This document shows positions 48,088-58,113 of a DNA stretch of 58,113 bases, one piece after another (positions within the stretch are counted from its first letter, which is position 1; each line of letters starts with the position of its first letter). The notes under the pieces are model-generated. The model had not been told where the DNA came from. It saw only the letters and a program-made list of their open reading frames with translations, and did no database searches. A program made the position numbers and the translations under genes. The DNA comes from Fistulifera solaris. Lineage: Eukaryota. Location: NCBI GenBank assembly GCA_030295235.1, contig AP026164.1, forward strand, positions 2,480,001 to 2,538,113. The letters run 5' to 3'.

Positions 48088-50608
48088 TTAGCGCTTTCGT
48101 CGGCTAACAGAATCCTTGAACAACTTCTTAGTCTCAGGGTCTTTCATGTCATTCCAAGGTGTGTTGCCCCATCGATCTGCAAGCGACAAATCTGCCCCAT
48201 GTGATGCTAATACTCGAAGAACAGCCACACTTTTCTCTGCCACAGCGATGTGTGCTGCAGTACGCTTGTCGTAATCAGCTGCATTTATTTCGATTCCGGC
48301 TCTAAGTAATCGCTTCAACAAAACTATGTCCCCGTCGAAAACTGTCTGACACAGTACGGAGGCCGCGAGGCTTTCTGACATGCACAATGCCGCACCGTTT
48401 TTGAGAAGAATTTCCATCGCAACATCATTTCCATTCTTAACTGCCTCCAGCAAAGCCGTCGAGCCGTGCATATCAGTCGCATTCGGATTCGCCTGGGCGC
48501 ATCGCGTTTAAAGTAAGATAGGTGCAACTGACACTCTAACGAAAAAGATTTTGCACTTACCTTAAATTCCAGTAATAGCCGCACGACATCTGTATTGCCT
48601 TTCATGGACGCCACCATAATCGCAGTACGCCTATCATAGTCGGCATTGTTGGGGTCGAATCCTTGGTCGCACATCAGCGAAATTGTTGCCGTATCTCCTC
48701 TCGAAGCAGCGTAGAGGAATCTTGTTGTTTGGTCGTCCAACTGCTTATCCATATGCATTTTGACCAGATCCGCAACGGCCGTTTGTGAGTCTAGTCGCTG
48801 CTTTTCTTGTCCTTTTCGATATCTAGCATGCTAAGGTATGATGCTTTGTCCATATCAAAACTTGACCCCGCACGAAGTACTTCGAGCCGCTTCGGAAGTG
48901 ACACTAGTTGAGACTCGACCTTCTTCAACAGATTTTGGAGAATTTTGCCTGCCGAGCTTGGGTGATCCAGTGCCAGCTGCTTGTAGGCTGCCTGTGAGAT
49001 TGTCAGCGTCTTACAAAGCGTCCAACAAGTGACAGAATCGATTTGCGGTGATTCAGTGAAGAAACCGATATCACCAATAAAATCTCCAGATTGCAGAAGC
49101 AAGTCCTTATCCAGTTGGTCAGCGTCATGACAGGACGATCGTGCGCGGAACAAATCATGCGATTCTCCTGTGGTAATTTGAGCCAATCCACCAACCAGCA
49201 GGAACAAATCGGACAAGATGGATCCCCGCTCAACAATCTCTTCGCCCGGACTAAAGATTTCTACCGTACACGACGCCAAAAGGCATCGATAAATTGGGGT
49301 CGAATTTCGTGCATGAGCCGAGTCTGGACCAGTGGTTGCAGGTACAGTCTCCGCAGTATCTTGCGCCGCACTGCACTAGGAAAATTTTGTAAAACTTTCT
49401 CATCCGACACTTCGCGGTTGTTAAACTCCAGTCTCAGCTGAAGCCTCAGCTTGTTTGTCAGGGCTTCATCAAAATGGTTCATTTCACAGTATTGTTGTAG
49501 AATTTGTAGACTATCTCTGTATTCTCCTGTCTTTTCGTCCCCTTTACAATTAATAATGTGATAGATCCAATGATCCATGCCGCGGATGCCACATTGATTA
49601 CCATAAATACACTCCCCAGAGTTGTTCGATGGAATTGGCCGGCGAGAAATCACCATATCCTACAGTGCAAAACGTAACGATAGACTGCAAATCATAAGTT
49701 GAGACGGACGGGCTTCTACAAGGAACCTTCAACTATAGCGGCAGTTCAACGTACCAGATACAAGGCTGTAATGTATCGCTGAAACCCTGTCATTTCATGT
49801 ACACGCGGTCCCAACCATGTATCTTGATCAAAATCACGCAAACGAGCGAGAAAGTACATAGAGCAGGCTTCCAAATGCGTCAAAGCCCAAACGGCCCCAA
49901 AATTACGCATCAGCGTAAAGCACAGTAATGAGACTCGTGCATCGTACTGAAGCACGTAAGACAGCTGCTTCATTCGATACAACCGAACGAACGCAAATAG
50001 CCGAAAGAGTGAAGACATCAAGAGGGTCGTCGGGTCGCCGCCCCTTGCGTCGCTATTGATCCATCCTGCTATCCACAGCGCGACCCATTCGCAAGGAATC
50101 ACACCCAAGACGTCCACAAAGAAGTTGCCCCCAACACATATTCTTTAAATATCTTGGAACGCTCAAAATGAGAACCTCTTGCTTATAGAACGCCAAATTG
50201 AAGCTGATGAAAATGTCAATCACAAACACAGCTGTCAATAGATCTTCCAGGTTACTCATGATATCATTGAAGTTCCCGGGCTCATTCGAAAAAGCAATTT
50301 GAAAGGGAACGAGAAATAGTGTAAAGATAGCCCCTAACGCGGTCAAAGTCCACCAGACGCGATAAGAGAACATCCAGGGAAACAAAATCCCTCGAATATG
50401 ACGTGCTTGTTTGAGAATACTCTGATCATACTGAAATGATGTACCGACTACTCCGTTTGGTCGCGACCGTAAGAGCTGCAACGCATCAAATGTTGTTGAC
50501 AGCAATGGGTGCTCTTCCTCCGAAATCGTTGTGTCTGCTGATTGTTTCATTCTGCTTGATTCATTCAAGTGGTACGTCTCGAGATCCTTCCTTCGACTAG
50601 TCGATCAT
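48088..50608 (-). CDS. Potassium channel with cyclic-nucleotide-binding domain and ankyrin repeats (AKT/SKOR-like); introns 49685-49754 and 48493-48560
   Basis: S1-S4 including RLFAFVRLYRMK. Spliced pore YITALYL|SIVTFCTVGYGDFSP. CNBD FSPGEEIVERG...GDFIGDIGFF. Ankyrins DPNNADYDRRTA and INAADYDKRTAAH. Confidence 0.92.
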
Positions 50609-50897
50609 ATTGCGCTTAATAGATTGTAAAGAAGAAGAGAAGATAATTGGAAAGAATACATGATTGCAATGCATCGACGACGACGACTCTTGTTATCATC
50701 AACAACTTCCTCAAAAATGTCAGGAAGCAAAAGTAAGGTTATTGCGAAAGGCGAAAGACATCCATTCTGGTATGCATTAGTAGAGTTAAGGCTATCAAGG
50801 GCGGGCAATGAAAAATAGAAGTCTGTACTTCGTACGCTTGACCTTGGCGTTGACACGGATTATATACTACGGAGTAGAATTGTGAGTACGGGAAGGA

Positions 50898-50962
50898 CGT
50901 TAAAATTCTGCCTCCCAGTACAAGGTTCTACGTAGCGTCTACGAAGAGGCAGAATTTTAACG
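50898..50962. repeat. 17-bp perfect inverted repeat with 31-nt spacer in a divergent intergenic region
   Basis: CGTTAAAATTCTGCCTC (50898-50914) and GAGGCAGAATTTTAACG (50946-50962). Confidence 0.9.
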
Positions 50963-51085
50963 CCGTTCCCCGGGTAACTGCTAAGGTTACAGGTTACTTG
51001 GAGATTGGAGACGGTAGACAAGTCGCTTTCGTCGAAAAACGAAGGAGAAAGCACTCGGACCCATCGCATTCTCACACTATTTGTT

Positions 51086-52922
51086 ATGCCCGCTCGGATG
51101 GATTTACTTCTAATGGAAGTTTTGTAAGAGAGGACACGAAAGTCGTGAAATCGAACTAAAGTTATCGTGTCACGACAGTCTACTTCTCGCTGGTGTTGCC
51201 ATAGCTGTCACAGCTTTCTTCTTCGTTCGAAATAACGAAGGGCATGTATTTGAAGCAGAGGTAAGCCAATTTTGTCGACGCACCGATCAATGTCAAAAAT
51301 TCTCACACATTGTTATCGTTTGGTCTCAGTTCCGCGACTTGGCGGCAGAAATTATCGACTTATCGGAAGCGAACGCTGAGAACACAGTCTGTCAGGTTCG
51401 AAGCCTGGCCATCGCGATCTCCTCTCATGCCAGCACATCGTGGCCCAATGTCACTCTGCCATACTTCACTCAGCAAGTGCAAGAAGCGGTTCGCTTGACA
51501 GGATCCGAATTATTTGCATTTACTCCTATCGTTCCGACAGCACAGAAAGGTCCTTTGAGGAATATGCCGCAGCTGAATGGATAAAAACCAACAAGGACAA
51601 ATTCCCGAAGACATACATAACGTTGAAGGTTAAGTGGTCACGGATAAAAGTCAAAAGACACCTACCTTCCGGTTTGACAAGTGAGTCCCCAAGCTCGAGT
51701 CGTAGATATCATGCTACTCGACATGGACACTTTTCCGTGGTACCATCAATTAGAACAAGACATTCTCAAAGTGAAGTGCCCGTCATGTCAGCGTTTGGTC
51801 AAGTGGAACGCGGAAGTGATTGCAAAGATATTAAAGGACGTAATTCAAAGACGATGCGCTTTGTATGTCGTTGCTAATTTCAAAGCAGTCCGTTCGCTGG
51901 AAGCCACAAGGCAAGTCGGTCATGTGCTCAAAGAAGTGACAGAAATTCTTTCTCTTCCTACCTTCGATGCCGAAGCCGCAGCTCGTCAGGAAGCCTTTTC
52001 CCCAGTGACATTGGACATGAAAGTCATGGAGCAACTCGAAGCATACATTCACGCCATTGCAGCCCTGTACCCCGCAATAATGCATTCCACAACTTCGAGC
52101 ACGTCAGTCACGCGTGACAATGTCTGTCACCAAGCTCTTCTCACGTATAGTTGCTCCTGAAGTTTCCGGAGAAGACCGAACACTTCCGCGATCACACGTA
52201 TGGCATCACGTCAGATCCACTGACACAGTTTGCCGCAGCTTTCGCGGCTCTCATCCACGACCTTGACCACCAAGGTGTCACCAACTCAACTTTGATCGAA
52301 GAGAACAGTCCCATTGCAGCCGTTTACAACAACAAGAGTGTCGCCGAACCGAACTCGGTCAACATGGCTTGGTCTCTCCTGTTGGACGATTCTTTCACAG
52401 ACCTTCGTAACTGCATTTACACAACACCCACCGAGTACAACCAATTCCGACAGCTGATTGTTAACATGGTCATGGCAACCGACATCATGGACAAGTCTTT
52501 GAGTCAGGCTTGCAAAGACCGCTGGGTAAAGCGTTTTCGGAGGCGATAGCAGTAATGAAATTCGGGAAGACTTGGAGCAACAAATCAATCGCAAAGCCAC
52601 GATTGTTCTCGAGCATGTCATCCAAAGTCTGACGTTTAGCATACGATGCAGCATTGGCACATTTACTGCAAATGGAGCGCCCGATTGTTTGAGGAAATGA
52701 TGGTTGCTTATCGTCAGGGTCGCACAGAAGAACCCTGCTGATCTCTGGTACGAAGGCGAAATCAGCTTCTTTGACTTTTACATCATTCCTTTGGCGAAGA
52801 AGTTGAAGGAATGCGGTGTCTTTGGCGTCTCAAGCGATGAGTATTTGAACTACGCCAAGACGAATCGCAAGGAATGGGAGGCCAAAGGTAGAGAAGTCGT
52901 TGCGAGATGGTTGCAAGGTTGA
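51086..52922 (+). pseudogene. Pseudogene of a diatom receptor-type nucleotide cyclase/3'5'-cyclic nucleotide phosphodiesterase; cyclase domain absent; intron 51261-51329
   Basis: N-terminal TM plus sensor motifs WPNVTLPYF and YLPV*QVSP. PDE motifs FHNFEHVSH, HDLDHQGVTN, MVMATDIMD, SDV*HTMQHW and WYEGEISFFDFYIIPLAKKL. In-frame stops at 51675 (TGA) and 52637 (TAG). Confidence 0.85.
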
Positions 52923-53881
52923 ACTTTGCCAGTCCCCACCGCATATCATCTGTCTTCATAATTCGTTTATTTTCATAATCATCTTTTGTAGCAAGCGAGT
53001 TTGCAATGCTATAGACAAGCGGAAAAGAGGAAACAAAGTCCACCGCTTTTCGGCTTGTGATGAAAACATCTGACGGGTGTTTCCTGCGCCAATGTGGTGC
53101 GCTAATAACCTGCAATCCCGGTCGACTTTGCTACAATAATCGGAGCGCATTCTTGTTGCTGTCATAAAGAAAAGAGTCGAAAGCATTTTCTTGTCGGAGA
53201 GTACTCGCGAAATGAAGTCGAATGAAAAAGGTGTTTGTTTGGCCGCATGGATAATACTGAATGCGGCGCTTCCTCAAGCGGGCAGCTTTCGATCGTCGTC
53301 CTTTGTAGACTGCATTATAAGAATATGATGATGTTAAAGATGCACATTTCGAATGGACGTACAGATATAAAATGGTTGCCTCGTGACAAGTTAGTCTAGT
53401 TGCATTGTTTGAAATAAAATCTTCGTCGAGTCGACACCCGCTCTATCACTACTACCGGTATAGACCCAAAGTGTTAGTTCTCTACAATCGCGACTAGATT
53501 TCAGTCCCTAACAAAATGTCCGATCCCAGGAAAAGGATACACCATTTAGAAAAGCAATACCAGTAGATAAGCCGAAAATGAAAAAAAGTAATGTGACTGA
53601 GAATCCGTTATGATGCGTCGGGATATGAAAAGATTTTGCAATACAAATCGTCCCTTTGAAATGCAAGCCTAGTCGCACCGAAAAAGCTACTGAAAATCAT
53701 CGTGACGCAGGACAGACGTTCCTGTTCCTCGCGGCGCTCATTGATTGTACCTGTACCGGTGCATCGTTCGCGGCAAATATTGCGGCAGTGCTTGTTATTT
53801 GTTTGTTATCATTGCTTATTATGCGGAGTGATAAATAACAAAGATCGAAAGCGATTATCGGCTAGAGAAATACTCTGAGTA

Positions 53882-55932
53882 ATGGTCGCGTCGTACAATG
53901 AGTTTTCGGTATCTCGATGAAGAGGGACGTTGCGCAATTGTGTAATTCCGTTTGAAGGATGTTAGATTTCCGTCTCTCAAAGTGTTGCCTTATTGCGACG
54001 AGAATCAATCTCCTGAGCTGCAAAGACTAAAAGAAGACGAGTTCAATGATGATTTTTCTTGGAGAATCTGCTTGCTAGTGTATTCGAGATCGGCGAAAAT
54101 CGCATTATGCGTTGGTGGAATACCGTGGTAAAGGCTGTTGCATTTCTGGATTTCTCCTTAGCGATCATACAATCCTTTCCAAGTATTAACCAACCTCATG
54201 CTTTGAAGTACATGTCTTCATTGCTTTTGCAATTCAAACAACAAATCGAGATCCTCTTTTCGGCACTATGGTTTATAGACGCATTCGCCAGCGCATCAAA
54301 TACGTGTCCGAGCTCGCCGGAGCAAGAGATAAATCGCGCCTGCTAGCCAGAAGAACTTCAGAGCAGGAAGAAGCAGAGAACTGGACGAGTTGCGAGCTTG
54401 TTTATTTGGCTTCAGTAACAATTCAGCTGCTTCTGATCCCTGTGGGGTTTTATACCTATGTGCTGGACCGTGTTGGTGGAGCAAAGATTCAAAACTATTT
54501 TCCTGTGCTTTTGCGACAAGAACATAGCAATCAACGCGAGGAAATAGGCACGGACAATCCATTTGCGCACTATACGTTGCTTTATGTGTTTTGAATCATG
54601 TGCAAAGTCTTGTGGTAGCTATGCTTCACGGTCGATTCAAACATTAGCGGCATTCCGACTTTCTGTAATTCGCGAGTTGATGCGGCGCTTTATAGCGCGC
54701 CCTTTCGTTTCTATCAAAGAACACGGCGGTTCATTCATTTCGTTCAGTGGACACATTATATGGGTCCGATCGCCAACAAAGTAAAAGATTTAAAGCTCTC
54801 CATTGAGAGTCTACGAGTCCAATATCGCGAGGGAAGGGGACGCGAAGGGCTAGGGAAGCAAGGGATAGATCACAGAAGTACCGAAATGAAACAGAGAGTC
54901 GTGAATATGCGGCTCGGGTCATTCAGTGTGCCTTTCGGTCCCATCACGCGTCGCGAATGAAGGCGAATGCATTGCGTGCACTCACAGGCCAGCTTGAGTA
55001 TTTCGCTGCCAAGCGCCTGCAACGTCAATTCCGAGCCAGTTTGAAGCGCGCACGCGACCGAATCAAGAAGAAGCGTCAAAGAGTATGTACTCCTTGCAAA
55101 AGAGGAAGCGGATGCGAGCGCCAAGCAAGGCGATCAGCTCGAATTTTCACAGCATAAGCGAATGCGAACTCCAGACAGAGTTGACTCAATCGTTTCAAAA
55201 TCTGGTCAACAAAGAGCTCTTACTGATGCCAAATACACAATTCGCAGTTTCTTGGAGAATTCTTTTGTTGCTGGTTGTTTTTTCCGATTTTCTCAGGCTA
55301 ATTGTTCGACCTTTGATGCAAAGATACGGTTATACATCGCTCAAAATGGCTCTTCCGTCTGTACTGGACAAGTTAACTTCAGCGCTGCGCATTCCACCGC
55401 GTCGAATTCATCTGTCTCAGGAAAGTCTAAGTGTGTTTCAGTGCTCTCATGGCAACGGAAAGAAACAAAAGCTTTTATTCTCATTCAGGGAGCCACTTGG
55501 ATGCCGGAAACGGAGCTGTCATGATCCAGAAACGTTGCCGAGGTACTGTGAACGGCACGTCTTGGGAGCTATGATAATCTCGATTTCAGAGTTCTTAGTT
55601 GAGACTTTGTTTCTGTGCTTGGAATGATTAAGCTGTCTGGACATTTTCATAACTTTTTCACTGGCGAGTCGGCCGAAAAACAGGCTTGTTACAACCAAAA
55701 CCCTTTATGAAGCGATGGATATTCCCAGGTCTATTATTGCAGTCTTTGGTAAATCCTAGCTTTCACACTGTTGTTGGATGCATACATCCAATACTTGCTT
55801 AGTTCGCGTCAAGAAGGTCCCTTCCGTGTCTTAAGATGGACCGTCGCTTTATTCTACCCTACGGCACTGCACCTCAAAGCCTTGATAATCCACCGGTTGC
55901 GCAAATTTGTAAGATTTGAAAATTATAGATAG
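53882..55932 (+). pseudogene. Degraded membrane protein with IQ-like motif and CNG/K-channel-like S1-S2 segments
   Basis: AAKRLQRQFR IQ-like motif. LLMPNTQFAVSWR...LE*LSCLDIFITFFTGE...LQPKPFMKRWIFPGLLLQ is reconstructed across frameshifts. In-frame TGA at 55625-55627. Confidence 0.55.
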
Positions 55933-56408
55933 AAAGTATCGTTTTAGAATGGACCGCGTTTTAGAATGGGCGGCCACATTGAATCTAGCGGAAGCGGAAA
56001 CTCATATTATTTCTATTATAAATTGATGCTCGGCTTACACCTTAGCATTACTGAATATCAAATGTAATTGTTATGAATAATAACGACAACTGAGGTATCG
56101 GCGATGAAGGCGATTATTAGTCGAACACAACGAAATAGGACGATGATTATTTGCTCCAAGCAGACTATCATCTGGGACTGAAGCGATGCTGATTCACGAG
56201 AACAGGTAATATAAAATTCACCCTACCAGGTATACTTTGTACTGGTAGTGCATCGTTAACGTGTGGCAAGTGGCAACCACGCGACGCGGTATTTTACTGC
56301 GACAGCGAGCGATGAGCGGTAACAAAATCGAGCGAATAAAGCTCTCATCCTTTGTGTTTACATGAATTAATCACCTTATTACTATTCCCTTTTAAATCAT
56401 TGACTCAA

Positions 56409-57928
56409 ATGGAAACAGAGAAAGAAAAGTCGGAAGAGCGAGCGATCACAAGCACGCAAAATATCACAATGAAGCTTCAGCAACCTCTGATACAGATATC
56501 ACTACGTCGATTTCGAATGGCGCATGCAGTGATCAAGCCGCAAACACAAGCAACAAATGTTTTAAAACTGAAAATTATATTCAAAGTAGTGAAAAATCTA
56601 CTCTGGGAGAAAGCAGCGATTCAGACCGAAATAGTGGCGACAATTCCGACAAAGATGGCGGTGATAGCGACGGTCTGTCGGTTCTGAGAAACTTCGTCTG
56701 GAGCGCATACGGAGAAATCAAGAATATCTCACTCGCTTGGGATTAGAGGAGCAAAGAGTAAATGGAAGCCTCAAAGAGAGCTAGGGAAGAAGAGGGGCGA
56801 TTCGACAAAACTGGAAGAAGAGGCGACACACCAACAAAGAAAAGTATAAACCCGAACGAAAACAGAGCAAGTTCGTTACTCCGATGTTTCAATAAAGCGA
56901 GATTCTAGGGCGCAAACCCGAGCCCCTGAATCTAAACCTCGAAAGCGAAAAGTGGAAAGGAAATTCAGCATCGCATGGAGCGTTACATCTATCGGGAGTT
57001 TCAGCGAATACAAGCGGAGCGAAATGCGGCTCAAAAGCAAATCGAAAATTTAATTCGAAGATCTGAAAAAGAAAAAGAGCTTTTTGGGGAAAGATTATAA
57101 AGCAAAAGAATATCGCGGACAGCTTTCACAGGCATGCGCCAATTGGAACTGAAGGAGGAGCGTGCCTTGTTTAGCGGACTGACTCTTCGCGAATTGTTGA
57201 AACAGGTAGACAATCGAGGTGCGGGAGCTATTACAAGCTCGCGCGAAATCACGACCAAAAGAAATTGAGGTCGTTGAAATGAGGGAATTGCGATGGTCGA
57301 TGCTGTTCCATTTTGCTTATAAACTAATCCTCATGCTGTAGGAAGCGCCCGGAACGAAGATATTGAAGATGAAAAGCGGAAGAAGCGACTTCAAATTCAA
57401 CAATTATGTGCCCTCGACATATATCCAATAATTCTCAAGGTAAGAGTGTCGATAGACATCTTGCTTGCATGAAAATCCACAGCCATTCTCACCATAAGAA
57501 CACTAGAACGCGTATTCTATCTTGGATGCAATACTCTCACGGACGTTTAGAGCCGACATTGGGACACCTCAGCGAAGGTCGAGACGGGGTATGAATTCCG
57601 TCGTTGCTCCCTCCGACCATTTCCGACAATAATACTGGAAGCACCACCAGACGGACTCACAAAAGCTATATAAAAGGGTGTGGTATTTCACGATGGTCAG
57701 ACTCTTTCGCATCGTGGCGGCGGGTGGATTTCTCCTTTTTATGTGCGACAATGTCGATGGGGCGTGGCCTGACCGTAAAGATATCTCACGATTCCACAGG
57801 TTGGTGATCTCATTCTCTATTATCCCGTGGGCCACTGGCTTTTCTTGCGAAACATCCGGGCCGAGTTTGGTGAAACTAATGAGGCTCGAACTCCTCTGTG
57901 GAACAGAGTTGTAACGAAACAGAACCCG
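56409..57928 (+). pseudogene. Decayed, telomere-truncated gene ending in a BRWD/PHIP-like motif
   Basis: Fragmented charged low-complexity ORFs and a splice-donor-like AAG|GTAAGA at ~57440. The terminal frame IPQVGDLILYYPVGHWLF (from 57791) runs open into the telomere. Confidence 0.45.
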
Positions 57929-58113
57929 TTAGGGTTAGGGTTAGGAAGGTTAGGGTTAGGGTTAAAAGGAGTTAGGGTTAGAGGTTAGAAGGTTAGGGTT
58001 AAGGTTAGGGTTAGGGTTAGGGTTAGGGTTAGGGTTAGGAGTTAGGGTTAGGGTTAGGAGTTAGGGTTAGGGTTAGGGTTAGGGTTAGGGTTAGGGTTAG
58101 GGTTAGGGTTAGG
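57929..58113 (+). repeat. Telomere, (TTAGGG)n with variant units
   Basis: About 30 TTAGGG-type units run to the window end, with the G-rich strand oriented 5'->3' toward the end. Confidence 0.98.

Noticed and set aside
51675..51677. TGA at a conserved Trp position suggesting TGA=Trp recoding or readthrough
   Set aside because: TGA is a normal stop in neighbouring genes (HMG-box, GST), and the same gene has a TAG stop and a large deletion. A TGG->TGA pseudogene mutation is simpler.

Overview
This is the right-hand end of a eukaryotic chromosome, ending in a (TTAGGG)n telomere at 57929-58113. The organism is very likely a diatom (stramenopile): genes are compact, GT-AG introns are short (about 70-85 bp), several proteins carry bipartite plastid-targeting peptides, and the gene families are diatom-typical. 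About 15 apparently functional genes are present: RFC1, an HMG-box/polyQ protein, a glutathionyl-hydroquinone reductase, an amino-acid transporter, a ~2000-aa BPI/TULIP-like-repeat + PqiA membrane protein, a YgfZ-like protein, a type II NADH dehydrogenase, a NEF1-like membrane protein, an FAD oxidoreductase, an ShK prolyl 4-hydroxylase, an F-box protein, a K+ channel with CNBD and ankyrins, and hypothetical membrane proteins. Most genes carry single-base frameshifts, often in homopolymers, which is best explained by an unpolished long-read consensus. Probable pseudogenes with in-frame stops cluster at ~30.7-36.5 kb and in the last ~7 kb. The most interesting signals are (1) the TULIP-repeat/PqiA fusion, a candidate single-chain lipid-transport system; (2) an unannotated ~210-245 bp degenerate repeat with a palindromic ACGT core, found at four intergenic loci; and (3) a telomere joined directly into an open, truncated reading frame. 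Domain calls come from motif recognition only; no searches were run.
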